Origin: an uncultured virus (IMG/VR IMGVR_UViG_3300004774_000001)
Taxonomy: Duplodnaviria > Heunggongvirae > Uroviricota > Caudoviricetes
Direction: 5' to 3' (one strand)
IMG/VR virus record: IMGVR_UViG_3300004774_000001
Length of the DNA stretch: 64,000 nucleotides
In this document: positions 29,583 to 39,471 of the stretch, in pieces
Layout of the letters: the number at the start of each line of letters is the position of its first letter
How positions within the stretch are numbered: position 1 is the stretch's first letter
The notes under the pieces: generated by a model
The model's input: the letters and a program-made list of their open reading frames with translations, nothing else
What the model was told of the DNA's origin: nothing
Databases searched by the model: none
Position numbers and translations under genes: made by a program

Positions 29583-31346
29583 ATGCACTGTACACCAATC
29601 GCGATAACGCAAGGGGAACGACGGACGTGGGTATGCAGTAAGTGCCACCGAGAATTTCCTGTTCCAACACGCTCGCCACCGACTGTTGAATGTTCACGGC
29701 CTAATGCAATTCCGTCTTCGATTGAGTTGATTATCGAAAATCAATCGAAAAAAAATCGCACTGGCAATGTACCATTAGCACTGTGTTCACGCCGTGGACG
29801 GCTCGCTAAGACGATACCCGCTGGCATTCTCGCGTGCGGATGCCAGACAATTCGACTCTACGAATGCCTGTTCCACGACGACCTGACAACCGATCAACCG
29901 TGTCATGCGGACGTGGCCGAACTGCTCACCAGGCTAGAACCGACGCTACGGCGGAACTGCGCGACGTGTCAAGACAGGAACCGCCGCAAGCATCCGCCGG
30001 CCAAAAATGTCGTACTGTCAGATACCGGGCTCGGCGACGTGACACTCAACTGCTGGTATCCGGAGGCCAAGCTGAACGTTCCCGCGAACCGCGTTGACGT
30101 CGTGCGAATGTTCGGCGGGACGCTGACAACCGATCCGGGCGAGAATCTTGCGGAAAGTTGGCAACCAGAACTACGATCGCGCGAGCCACGGATTGACTTC
30201 CGGGCACGATGGTTCGGACTGACGGAGATACGGCGACCGCCCGTCCACCTGGATCTCGCCGCGGTAGCGTGGGCGAAGACGCTACGCGAGCCGAACAAAC
30301 CGCTGGTAGTCTTCGCCCCGCAGTCTCACCAGAACGAACGGCAGTGGGTCTGGACGCACTGGTTGGCACTTGGCGCGACTCTGGCGGCTCAGGGCTATTC
30401 CGTCATCATGGATCTCGGACGGCCAGACGCCGCGTTGCAGGCGGGGCCGTGGCGGGTGTTCGTCGGGCAGTCCATCCAGCGACTGGCGGCGCTGATCGCT
30501 GAGACTGACTTGGTTGTGGCCATCGACTCGGGGCCCGCCCACGTCGCGGGGACCATCGACAGACCCACGCTGTTACTGCTGGGGCCGCTTTCGGAGAACA
30601 GCTACGAGCACATGCCGAGCGTCCAGCCGATCAGAAGCAAACGGTCGTGCGGGCCGTGCAACTTCCAGCCACCGAACTACGTGCCGGCGTGCTTTCCTGC
30701 CTGTGCGAGTCTACAAGAGTTGACGCCTGAAGCCGTCGCCGCGCGAGCCGTGCGGATGCTGACGCCAACGAACATTGGGGCTTGTACCCTGGCCGACGAC
30801 CGCATGGCCGACATTCGAGCTGTCACGCGACCACCGCTGGAAGCCTATTGCGGACGGCACGGATACAGGCTCGTGACCGCTGACGCCACGCTTTGCCCGG
30901 CTCGTCCGGCATCGTGGTCCAAAATCCTGATGTTGCAACGGTGGCTGTCCGACCACGATTGGCTTTGGTGGATCGACGCGGACGCGGTGGTGACGGCGCC
31001 CGAGCGGCGGCTCCAGGAACTGACGGACGGTGCCACAGGCGACCTGCTGATAGCCCGCGACCACAACGGGATCAACTCGGGTTCGTTCCTACTGCGGAAT
31101 TGCCCGTGGTCCCATGACTTTCTGCGGCGCGTCTGGGAAACAACCGAACCGCACGATCACTGCTGGTGGGAACAGTGGGCCATTATGCAGTTGTTGCGAA
31201 ATCCGGACGACATGCGGCACGTCCAGATCGTTCGCAAGCGTTCGCTCAACAGTTACCCAGACGACTGGCGTCCTGGCGACTTGGTTTGTCACGCGCCGGG
31301 AGTACCGAATAGACTGGGTGTGTTGCGTGAATTCTTAGGACGGTGA
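29583..31346 (+). CDS. Fusion of Cys-rich domain + GT9-like + GT34-like glycosyltransferase
   Basis: VVAIDSGPAHVAG (GT9); WSKI...WWIDADAVV...GINSGSF...WEQ (GT34). Confidence 0.8.
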   Translation: MHCTPIAITQGERRTWVCSKCHREFPVPTRSPPTVECSRPNAIPSSIELIIENQSKKNRTGNVPLALCSRRGRLAKTIPAGILACGCQTIRLYECLFHDDLTTDQPCHADVAELLTRLEPTLRRNCATCQDRNRRKHPPAKNVVLSDTGLGDVTLNCWYPEAKLNVPANRVDVVRMFGGTLTTDPGENLAESWQPELRSREPRIDFRARWFGLTEIRRPPVHLDLAAVAWAKTLREPNKPLVVFAPQSHQNERQWVWTHWLALGATLAAQGYSVIMDLGRPDAALQAGPWRVFVGQSIQRLAALIAETDLVVAIDSGPAHVAGTIDRPTLLLLGPLSENSYEHMPSVQPIRSKRSCGPCNFQPPNYVPACFPACASLQELTPEAVAARAVRMLTPTNIGACTLADDRMADIRAVTRPPLEAYCGRHGYRLVTADATLCPARPASWSKILMLQRWLSDHDWLWWIDADAVVTAPERRLQELTDGATGDLLIARDHNGINSGSFLLRNCPWSHDFLRRVWETTEPHDHCWWEQWAIMQLLRNPDDMRHVQIVRKRSLNSYPDDWRPGDLVCHAPGVPNRLGVLREFLGR

Positions 31347-31489
31347 TCCAGCTTCATTTATTTTGGAGACCTCAACTGATAGTTTTGGAGCCGTGCTACG
31401 AATATAATGCAGTGAAGGCGGAAGCCCATTAGCCCGGGGTGAACGATGCCACCGTGGTATCCTAAACCGGCGAAGTTGTAGGAGAATTT

Positions 31490-32641
31490 ATGGAACACCG
31501 ATGCCTCTGCACGTCTGCCGGCCACTGCCGTTGGCATAACACGGTGACTACGCCGGAAGAGTTCCTAGCCTGCCGAAATGGGACTCCTCCGACGCCAGCC
31601 CCGGACGAATCACATTGTGTCTATCTATCGGATCAAAAGGAAGATCTGATTGATGGTTATTCCTATCGTTGCAATCTCTACAAGGTCTGTACCTTGCTCT
31701 CTAACAATTCGGCCATTCCAGCCTGCGCTGATTGCAAGGACAACCTGAGTATCAATGATGCATCCATCGGACAGAAATTCCTCGACCCCCTTGTAGTGAC
31801 CGACAGGGCCAAAACCCCCACCCATGCTCTCCGCGGGATGTTAGCCAACCGTGCTGCGTTCCTAGTCTGCGGTGGACCGTCAGCCAAGTTGGTCGACTAC
31901 CACAGATTATCTGACCGTGGGATCTTCAGTCTAGGCGTGAACAACATCGCCGGCATGGTTCCTGTCAACGCATTCGTCTGCTCCGATCCACCGATGAAGT
32001 TTCATTGGGGAATCTTTGACGATCCTCAGATCATGAAGTTCCTCCCAATCCCGAAACTAGGAGGGAGCAGAGGCCGCGGGATGCTACGGGAGAAGCGAGG
32101 AGAGACTTTTCATTGGTTGGACCTATGCGCCAAGGACTGTCCGAACGTGTGGGGGTTTGCGCGTCGGAGCTGGCTAACGCCGGACCATACGTTCTTCACG
32201 GACACACAGGCATCGTGGGGAAATCAGCAGTCTGGAGTAAGCCGGACTGGAGAAGAAAAGACTGCCTGTACGATGCTGCTCGGAATTCGATTGCTGTATT
32301 ATCTTGGGGCTAGAACGATATTCCTGCTTGGGTGCGACTTCCATATGCGACCGGAAGCCGGCCTCAAAGAGAACTACGCATTTGGTCAGGACAGAGACGC
32401 CAATACAATCGCTTCGAATAACCGCCAACTGAAAATCTCGGGTGATTGGCTGACTCGGTTACGTCCCTACTTTGAGAAGTTTGGGCTGCAAATTTATAAC
32501 TGCTATAGGGAGTCTCATCTGAGGGCATTTGATTTCGTGCCATTCGAATCCGCCCTGGGTATCTGCCGTGGGGTGGTCCCGAAGGGTGAATTCGACCTTG
32601 ATGGCTGGTATTCTAAAGAAACGGAAGGGGATTCCAAGTGA
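31490..32641 (+). CDS. Cys-rich N-domain + MAF/DUF115-like transferase
   Basis: FLVCGGPS, LGVNN and LGARTIFLLGCDF motifs. Confidence 0.65.
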   Translation: MEHRCLCTSAGHCRWHNTVTTPEEFLACRNGTPPTPAPDESHCVYLSDQKEDLIDGYSYRCNLYKVCTLLSNNSAIPACADCKDNLSINDASIGQKFLDPLVVTDRAKTPTHALRGMLANRAAFLVCGGPSAKLVDYHRLSDRGIFSLGVNNIAGMVPVNAFVCSDPPMKFHWGIFDDPQIMKFLPIPKLGGSRGRGMLREKRGETFHWLDLCAKDCPNVWGFARRSWLTPDHTFFTDTQASWGNQQSGVSRTGEEKTACTMLLGIRLLYYLGARTIFLLGCDFHMRPEAGLKENYAFGQDRDANTIASNNRQLKISGDWLTRLRPYFEKFGLQIYNCYRESHLRAFDFVPFESALGICRGVVPKGEFDLDGWYSKETEGDSK

Positions 32642-33072
32642 GTGACGACATGCGGGACTTCGAGCGGATGGTGAAGGAGAACGTTATCCGTTTTGAGAAG
32701 AAGGCGTGGGGTGAAGTCGCCCATATCTTCGCGTCCGACGAGGTAGCCGTTTCCATTCTCAAACTAGAGGCTGGATTTCGTTGCTCCCGTCACCTGCATA
32801 CCCACCGTGTTAATAAATTCATCATTCTATCTGGCTCTGTTGAGATTGATGAGTGGTGTAACGAAGAGGATTGTCGGAAATATCCAGATCGGCCGGCGTG
32901 GCGGCATATACTGATCCCCGGAGTATCAGAACAGATCTCAATCAGGATCAACATACCTCATATGTTTCGAGTATGGCGACCTGGCTTGATGGTCGAGATC
33001 TATACGGCGAACGGCGGACCTGTTCGGGCCGACGACATCACCCGCTTTGACGAAGGAGGCCCGTGTGTTTAG
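32638..33072 (+). CDS. Cupin (sugar isomerase-like)
   Basis: KAWG...CSRHLH...PHMF pattern. Confidence 0.65.
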   Translation: MSDDMRDFERMVKENVIRFEKKAWGEVAHIFASDEVAVSILKLEAGFRCSRHLHTHRVNKFIILSGSVEIDEWCNEEDCRKYPDRPAWRHILIPGVSEQISIRINIPHMFRVWRPGLMVEIYTANGGPVRADDITRFDEGGPCV

Positions 33073-33859
33073 TCCCGATATGACTCTTGTTGTTGGGGCG
33101 GACGATTACCACCTTCGTCAACTATCCGTGACGTGGCCGACGTGGAAGAGGCATAAGCCTTCACTGCTGAATCATCCGATGGTGATCTTCTTCGATCACG
33201 AGCAGGTGAATGCCGGGCAGGTCTTTCAGGTAATTGATCATCCGGACCTCCTTACTGTTCCGTGGCCGCCGCCAGGAGTTCATTATCCCGCAGGGGAAGA
33301 CAAGTGGTCTAACCAACAGCGGTATCGTATGTTGGCCGGTTTCGTTCATGTGCCGGCAGCCCATGTCCAGACGAAATACTGGTTGAAACTCGACACGGAT
33401 ACAGTGGCAACTGGTCAGAATGACTGGATCAAAGAAGAGTGGTTTGAGGACAATTCGGCTATCGTAGCCCAGGGCTGGGGTTATACAAAACCGCCAGATC
33501 AGATGATGAAGCTTGATCAGTGGGTCGAACAAAGCACGACTGGAATGACTATCCTAAAGTCCAGTCTACCACTGAATCTGATCCCAGAGCCAGGGGCTGA
33601 TAAACTCCGGCACAAGCGTATTATCTCATGGTGTGGCTTCTTTAGTCGAACGCTCTCGATGGCTGCATCGAAGTATGCCACGACTACATGTGGGGTAGGA
33701 CACCTCCCTGTTCCGTCGCAGGACGGATTCATGTTTTATCTGGCTACGAGATTGAAGATGCCCGTGAACCGAGTGGACATGAAGAAATGTGGGTTTGAGC
33801 ATTGGGGCTGCATGTCGAATATCGAAGCCGCGGCGGAAATGGCGATGAGAAATGTTTAA
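33065..33859 (+). CDS. Putative glycosyltransferase (GT-A)
   Basis: YWLKLDTD DxD motif; cluster context. Confidence 0.55.
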   Translation: MFSPDMTLVVGADDYHLRQLSVTWPTWKRHKPSLLNHPMVIFFDHEQVNAGQVFQVIDHPDLLTVPWPPPGVHYPAGEDKWSNQQRYRMLAGFVHVPAAHVQTKYWLKLDTDTVATGQNDWIKEEWFEDNSAIVAQGWGYTKPPDQMMKLDQWVEQSTTGMTILKSSLPLNLIPEPGADKLRHKRIISWCGFFSRTLSMAASKYATTTCGVGHLPVPSQDGFMFYLATRLKMPVNRVDMKKCGFEHWGCMSNIEAAAEMAMRNV

Positions 33860-34124
33860 GTGGTTGCGTAAAGTAGTAAAGCGGTGGCTCTCTGAGGAAG
33901 AGGAACGCGTCACATCCCTCGAATGCTTCATCGAAGGGAAGATCCAGCGAATGGCCGTTGGCCTAGTCCACGGGATGAAACTCGAAGTCTGGGACCCGCA
34001 CGGTGCCTACCTAGTTGGACCGGAGAAGGCACTTAACCCACACGAGTTTTGGAAAGCGTGGTCTCAACGAACGGACAAGAAGCCGGTTTGGGAAGATGGC
34101 TCAGAATTCAAACCAGAAGGATGA
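33852..34124 (+). CDS. Hypothetical protein
   Basis: Coupled 90 aa ORF. Confidence 0.55.
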   Translation: MFKWLRKVVKRWLSEEEERVTSLECFIEGKIQRMAVGLVHGMKLEVWDPHGAYLVGPEKALNPHEFWKAWSQRTDKKPVWEDGSEFKPEG

Positions 34125-34999
34125 TTTCAATGACTAGACGCGTTGTGTACCTCATGTCTGGTGCTGCTCATCTCCCATATCTTGCTACCAGTATCTATTC
34201 GCTGCGTAAGCATTGGAGTGGAGCTGTGGTCATCTATGCATGGCCAGAGTCGATCGAAATCGCTCGTCAGATTGCCAATGATCCACTTATCCACGCGATG
34301 GCGATCGAGATCCTCCCTGCGTACCGTGGCAAGAATGATCAATTCTTGAATAAGATTCTGCTGATGCAGTCACTCGGTGACGGGCAGAATCTCTACCTCG
34401 ACGCGGACACGTTGGTGCTCGGTTCACTAGATGAGATGTTTACCGCAGCAGCATCCTATGGTTTCGCTTCCACACAATTCAACAACTGGATGACTGGAGG
34501 ACCACTTATCCGAAACCGCCTCGCCCGGCTTCGAGAATTTCCAGCTATCATTCAGAGCGTAGTTGAGCACGTCCTGATCTCGACATACCCGTCAGTCAAC
34601 GGTGGGGTGTTCGCTAGCGAACCCGACAGCCCGGTGCTGCCTCTCTGGTACAGATGGTCATGGGAGGCGAGATCGATTTTCATCGCAGACGAATGCGTAC
34701 TTCATCTGATGACTCCTCTGTTCCAGCCGGAGGGGAAGTTGATCGTGGCCCCTGGCTATTTCAATTCCTCACCGAAGTACACCAATCTCGAAAATGTGAG
34801 GATCTGCCACGGTCACGGGGATTGCTTCACTCGACCAGATAAATGTGCTCGCGGACATGATATATGGTGGGCGGCTCTAGAAAAGGTCCGACATCTGAAC
34901 CTTGGCGGGATCAATCAGTGGATCAATTCTGTCGGGAACAAGTATCTTGACATCCTCCTTTCTAGAGAGCAAAAGCATGAAACTGCTGTCATTCAGTAG
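34121..34999 (+). CDS. Putative glycosyltransferase (GT8-like)
   Basis: SIYSLRKH, LYLDADTLV and VNGGVF motifs. Confidence 0.65.
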   Translation: MISMTRRVVYLMSGAAHLPYLATSIYSLRKHWSGAVVIYAWPESIEIARQIANDPLIHAMAIEILPAYRGKNDQFLNKILLMQSLGDGQNLYLDADTLVLGSLDEMFTAAASYGFASTQFNNWMTGGPLIRNRLARLREFPAIIQSVVEHVLISTYPSVNGGVFASEPDSPVLPLWYRWSWEARSIFIADECVLHLMTPLFQPEGKLIVAPGYFNSSPKYTNLENVRICHGHGDCFTRPDKCARGHDIWWAALEKVRHLNLGGINQWINSVGNKYLDILLSREQKHETAVIQ

Positions 35000-35543
35000 C
35001 TATGAAGAATACATAAAGCAACAACGGCGGACTGATAGGCGCAAGCGGCTCCGCCCCTGCCTGTCTAGAGTGGAAGTGTCTGATGTTGCCCATTGGCTCC
35101 GACATCATAATGCCATCGTTTCAACTGGGATGTGTCATGGTGCTCGGCAGGGGCAGGAAGTCGATTGGTATCAGGACGAATTCCCTCGTGCTAAGGTTTG
35201 GGGTACTGACCTGTTCCCTAAGGGGCATGATAAGGTAGTTCAGCATGACTTCCACGAGGAGAACCCTAAGTGGGTTGGAGCGTTTGATTTCGTCTACTCA
35301 AACGCTCTCGACCATTCCTACGATCCAGTAAAGGCACTGACCTGCTGGTTTGGGCAGCTAAAGGAAAACGGCTACCTCCTCACCCAATGGAGTAGGTGGC
35401 ATGTCACAACCAGGGGTGGTGACTGCTTCGGGGCCGAATTCCATGAGTATATCAGTATGATAGGGAAAATAGGACAAGTGATGGATGTCATCTATCATGG
35501 CAACACAATCTTGACAATCGTGGCGAGGAAGAGACATGCATAA
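34977..35543 (+). CDS. SAM-dependent methyltransferase-like protein
   Basis: CHGARQG, GTDL and FDFVYSNALDH motifs. Confidence 0.65.
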   Translation: MKLLSFSSYEEYIKQQRRTDRRKRLRPCLSRVEVSDVAHWLRHHNAIVSTGMCHGARQGQEVDWYQDEFPRAKVWGTDLFPKGHDKVVQHDFHEENPKWVGAFDFVYSNALDHSYDPVKALTCWFGQLKENGYLLTQWSRWHVTTRGGDCFGAEFHEYISMIGKIGQVMDVIYHGNTILTIVARKRHA

Positions 35544-36084
35544 GCACGCAAAATCTCTTGTCGATTTATTCACACATCATTTTGGTCTCTTCCGCTATAT
35601 TCACGGGGTAGAGGTTGGGGTGTGGCGGGGGGATTTGTCTCGCACACTGTTGATGAGTTTCCCGCGGCTGACGCTGGCTATGGTCGATCCGTGGGAGGAA
35701 CTCGATGCGATCACTCCCACGATGCGGAAGGAACGGGATGAGGTGATTCGTGCCAGGGAGGCAGCAGAAGCAAACGTGCACACATTCAGTCGCCATGCGA
35801 TCTATCAGATGACGAGCAAGGTCGCTGCGACCGACAGCACCTTGACGAAGTTCAAGCTCAACTTCGTTTTCATCGATGCGAACCATCTCTATGAATCTGT
35901 CAAGGAAGATATTGAGCTTTGGCTTCCGCTGATCGTTCCGAATGGAATCGTCTGTGGGCACGACTATAATGGTGTCGGGGACAGGCGGAAGGGGTGGGGA
36001 GTGAAAAGGGCCGTCGATGAGAAATTCGGAAAGGGTGTCAACGTATTGCCCGGTCTGGTGTGGTGGGTACAGACGAAAGCATGA
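35536..36084 (+). CDS. Class I methyltransferase (Methyltransf_24-like)
   Basis: VEVGVWRG, FVFIDANHLYE and GHDY motifs. Confidence 0.8.
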   Translation: MHKHAKSLVDLFTHHFGLFRYIHGVEVGVWRGDLSRTLLMSFPRLTLAMVDPWEELDAITPTMRKERDEVIRAREAAEANVHTFSRHAIYQMTSKVAATDSTLTKFKLNFVFIDANHLYESVKEDIELWLPLIVPNGIVCGHDYNGVGDRRKGWGVKRAVDEKFGKGVNVLPGLVWWVQTKA

Positions 36085-36090
36085 TGTCAA

Positions 36091-36297
36091 ATGGTAATAA
36101 CCGACCGTGACGTCAACATTCTCGTACTCGCCAAGGGGAAAGAGCGGTATGTTTTTGTCTTCAGTGACGATAATATTCGAGAAGTTCTTGGGCAGTTCGG
36201 TCGGTTCGCTTCCAGCCAAGATCTGAGCTTTAGTTGGTACGATGCCGCTGTTCTAGCAGATAAAATCCGACAAACGCAACAGAGTAAGAGAATCTGA
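36091..36297 (+). CDS. Small conserved Planctomycete-type protein
   Basis: NILVLAKGKERYVF...GRFASSQDLSFSWYDAAVL resembles, from memory, a family seen in Planctomycetes. Confidence 0.6.
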   Translation: MVITDRDVNILVLAKGKERYVFVFSDDNIREVLGQFGRFASSQDLSFSWYDAAVLADKIRQTQQSKRI

Positions 36298-36298
36298 G

Positions 36299-36847
36299 AT
36301 GGCGATGGACTTCGGGTTGTTTCGGTTCGCTTCTCCTCCGAGGACAGCAACGTCTTGGATCAAGCAGGCAGCCGTGATGTGTGGGCTGACGGAGCTTGAA
36401 CCGAATAAGGTCCACGTCCCCCATGATCTGGCTGAGAAGAATACCATCAAGCTGTCCACAGTGCGTCACCCGTGTTCGTGGCTTGCCAGTTACTATGTGG
36501 AGATCTATCCAGGTGTAGTTGGCATTCCAGAGGTCGACTGTTTTCGACCTTCCCTTTGCATCCCTACCTTCGATGCTTTTGTCCGTAGCTATCTGATGGA
36601 TCTGTGCTCCGTTGGATTGATGTTCAAGGCGTACAATGCCGACGTTTGCCTGCGTGTCGAAGATCTGCCGTGGGCATTTATCGAGTTCCTGGAGTCCCTC
36701 GGTGTCCCGAAGAAAATGCGCGAGAGGTGCCTGGCCCTCACCCCACAGAACTCATCGAAGCGTGAAAGGCACCCCACATGGTCGCCTTCGCTGCGTGCTA
36801 GGGTTTTGGAAGCTGAGCGGGCCTTCTTACAGGAGTACCACTACTGA
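36299..36847 (+). CDS. Sulfotransferase-like protein
   Basis: PPRTATSWI (5'-PSB-like) and VRHP..WLASYY (3'-PB-like). Confidence 0.65.
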   Translation: MAMDFGLFRFASPPRTATSWIKQAAVMCGLTELEPNKVHVPHDLAEKNTIKLSTVRHPCSWLASYYVEIYPGVVGIPEVDCFRPSLCIPTFDAFVRSYLMDLCSVGLMFKAYNADVCLRVEDLPWAFIEFLESLGVPKKMRERCLALTPQNSSKRERHPTWSPSLRARVLEAERAFLQEYHY

Positions 36848-37581
36848 TGTCCGTACACATCGTCGTCCATTGTTATGCCGTAGAGTTACCTGCTTATTCA
36901 CGGATGCTGCAGTTCCAACTCTCGTCTTTGGCACTTCATCCACCGAAAGTTCCCGTAACCATTGAGGTATGCTATACTGACATGGACAGAAGGACGACGG
37001 ATGTCCTCGAATGGTTCATCCGCTATACCAGTGTGCGAGTCGAGATAACACCCCCCTTGCCTGCTGATCGGCTGTTTCGTCGGGCTATTGGTCGGAATGC
37101 CGCCGCCCTCCGAAGTCATTCCGACTTGGTATGGTTCACTGATGTTGATCATTGCTTTGGGGAGGGATGCCTTGACGGGCTATGGGCAGCATGGCAAGCC
37201 CAGACTGAATTCTCCTCAATGTACTTCCCGCAACAGGTCATGGTCCATTCTACGCATAAAATGGGCGATGACTGTGTTGCCATCTCTGATATGGTCGGTT
37301 TGGTAAATATCGCTGGGGAGTTCCGCCCAATGCGGTATCGAAAGGCCATCGGTGGTGTACAGATAGTTTCCGGATCATTTGCCAGGAAGTATGGATACTT
37401 GGATCACCATCGTCGGTATCAGCAACCACTCGGCCGGCCTTTCGCCAACTTCCACGACGATGTGGCATATCGTAAGTTCTGCCTTCAGCACGGGCCGATC
37501 ACGCCAATCGACATTCCGAACTTGTATAGAATCAGACATTCTTGTCTGACATACAAGAATCAGCCGCAGAAGATTTCTTGA
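36847..37581 (+). CDS. Glycosyltransferase family 2-like protein
   Basis: GRNAAA...WFTDVD motif. Confidence 0.65.
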   Translation: MSVHIVVHCYAVELPAYSRMLQFQLSSLALHPPKVPVTIEVCYTDMDRRTTDVLEWFIRYTSVRVEITPPLPADRLFRRAIGRNAAALRSHSDLVWFTDVDHCFGEGCLDGLWAAWQAQTEFSSMYFPQQVMVHSTHKMGDDCVAISDMVGLVNIAGEFRPMRYRKAIGGVQIVSGSFARKYGYLDHHRRYQQPLGRPFANFHDDVAYRKFCLQHGPITPIDIPNLYRIRHSCLTYKNQPQKIS

Positions 37582-37600
37582 ATAATCTTCCTTTCCTTCT

Positions 37601-37635
37601 AATAATGAACGCTGCTGGACGAATAACTAGCAGAC
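37601..37635 (+). promoter_or_regulatory. Early promoter-like motif, copy 1 (AATAAT-N11-GACGAATAACTAG)
   Basis: Repeated at 44038, 44956, 45667 and 48763 with identical spacing. Confidence 0.7.
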
Positions 37636-37663
37636 GATTCAATTACACGAAGGAGATGCACAG

Positions 37664-37861
37664 ATGTTCCAGATTTATACCGAGAAGCGCAAACGAAATC
37701 GCGGCGGAAAGCCACGTACATTCCTGGTGGAATTCCGAAGCGGACGGATTGATCGTCAGTGCCATGCGGTAGGCATGACGGCTGAGCAGGTAGTCGTATT
37801 CGTCAACTCTTCCGGGCTTGCCAGATCGAGGGTAGAAACGGTGCCGGTCGAGTTACTGTAG
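37664..37861 (+). CDS. Small hypothetical early protein
   Basis: AAGGAG RBS directly after the motif. Confidence 0.55.
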   Translation: MFQIYTEKRKRNRGGKPRTFLVEFRSGRIDRQCHAVGMTAEQVVVFVNSSGLARSRVETVPVELL

Positions 37862-37973
37862 ACCCGACCGCCCCGAAATCATCCAATTCTAGGCCCCTAG
37901 CTCACGCCCTACGGCGTTCCGGGGCCGGGATCGTATATTTACCCATTCTGCCGGCTAATCGGGCTTTGGAGCC
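37862..37973. repeat. Non-coding element, inverted homolog of 3541-3652
   Basis: See 3541. Confidence 0.75.
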
Positions 37974-38076
37974 TGTTTCTATAGCCGAAAACTTCTTGTA
38001 ATCACGAAAAGTTTCTGCTGTGAGATACGAATACTGGTCGTAAGCATCAAATCCACCAACACAAAGGAATCGAACG

Positions 38077-39093
38077 ATGGCCCACGAAATCCTGGAACAC
38101 GATCAAGTTCTCCTCCACGCAGCCCCGGCTTGGCATGGCTTCGGGCAGGTAGTTCCCGACGCACCGACTGCGGTCGCTGCCCAAAAGCGGGTGCTGGACT
38201 GGGAGGTTCTTCAGGCGCCTCTGCTCGCGATGTGCGATGATGGCGAAGACCTCGCGGTCCACGATTACCAGTTGAACTATCGGTCAGACACACACGACCA
38301 GCTGGGGATCGTCGGGACGGGTTACTGCCCGATCCAGAACTCGGAACTAGCCGCGTTTTGCGACGCTCTCGCCGAACAAGGGGACACGATTAAGGTCGAG
38401 AGCTGCGGGTCGATTCGGAACGGAAAGAAGGTCTGGTTCCTGCTGAAGGGCGAATCATTCAGCGTCCGCGACAAGGACGAGGTCAAACCATATATTCTGG
38501 TCAGCAACGGCCACGATGGTTGGACCGCCCTGCGGTGCACACCGACCACGATTCGGGTGGTTTGCTCAAATACGCTCCACATGGTGATCCCGCAGCGGGA
38601 AGCCGAGGGGCGCATCCAGAAGGCGATGCCGGCCAGCTTCGTCGCTCACCACACCTCGACGATCCTCGGGCGGGTTCACGAAGCCCAAGCAGCCCTGAAG
38701 CTGTACGGGAAGTCGCTGGACGCCACCCGGCAGGTGATCGACCAACTCGCCGCAAAGGACGTCAGCCGGGAAGATGTCCAGAAGTTCTTCCTTGAGTGTT
38801 ACACCCGCGACTTCGCCGTGATCCCGACCGAGCCGAAGAAAAAGACTGAACAGAACGCGCGGGACAAGGCGATGGATGCCTGCGCGAAGATGTTCAACCG
38901 CTTCGACCAGGAGCGAGATCTCTGCGGGGCGACGGCATGGAACATGCTCAACGCCTACACCTGGATGACGCAACATGACCTCGGTCGGTTGAAGGATCAG
39001 GAGAAGGCGGCCGAACGGAAGGTTGAAAGCAAGCTGTTCGGCAAGGACTCTGTGCGAGCGTACAACGCACTGACCGCTGCGATGGCTCTGTAG
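38077..39093 (+). CDS. DUF932 family (LGT_TIGR03299-like) protein
   Basis: PAWHGFG, LDWEV, Y.PIQN, NGHDG, IRVVCSNT and TAWNMLNA motifs. Confidence 0.85.
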   Translation: MAHEILEHDQVLLHAAPAWHGFGQVVPDAPTAVAAQKRVLDWEVLQAPLLAMCDDGEDLAVHDYQLNYRSDTHDQLGIVGTGYCPIQNSELAAFCDALAEQGDTIKVESCGSIRNGKKVWFLLKGESFSVRDKDEVKPYILVSNGHDGWTALRCTPTTIRVVCSNTLHMVIPQREAEGRIQKAMPASFVAHHTSTILGRVHEAQAALKLYGKSLDATRQVIDQLAAKDVSREDVQKFFLECYTRDFAVIPTEPKKKTEQNARDKAMDACAKMFNRFDQERDLCGATAWNMLNAYTWMTQHDLGRLKDQEKAAERKVESKLFGKDSVRAYNALTAAMAL

Positions 39094-39109
39094 GCTAAGT
39101 TGGTATGGT

Positions 39110-39139
39110 GAATCCCGGCCAATATGGCCGGGATTCTTG
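39110..39139 (+). terminator. Perfect 11-bp hairpin
   Basis: GAATCCCGGCC aatat GGCCGGGATTC. Confidence 0.5.
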
Positions 39140-39164
39140 CTGGGCACTACAAAGGAGACTAGGC

Positions 39165-39461
39165 ATGACAGCCCGCGATCTGCAACTGCGGAGTTTCGAT
39201 CTCGCTCTGTTCACCTATCACAAGGAGACCAAGTGCTTAGTCGCTGAGGTGAGCGGTCTGGCAGCGCGGGGCATGTGGCTCCAGCGACTGTACAACGATG
39301 CGTGTGATTTGGGGATCGCTATCCATAGCCCAACAACTGGGAGAACGGTTCGGTTCTATCTCGAGCGGACCGAGGAGAAGGACGGCGATCTGCTGTCACG
39401 GCGTTTCAAGCCGCTCGACAATGCCGGCCCGGTGACATCGGTGGTTGTTTTCAACGACTAG
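39165..39461 (+). CDS. Hypothetical protein
   Basis: AAGGAG RBS before ATG 39165. Confidence 0.6.
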   Translation: MTARDLQLRSFDLALFTYHKETKCLVAEVSGLAARGMWLQRLYNDACDLGIAIHSPTTGRTVRFYLERTEEKDGDLLSRRFKPLDNAGPVTSVVVFND

Positions 39462-39471
39462 GAGAATAGGG

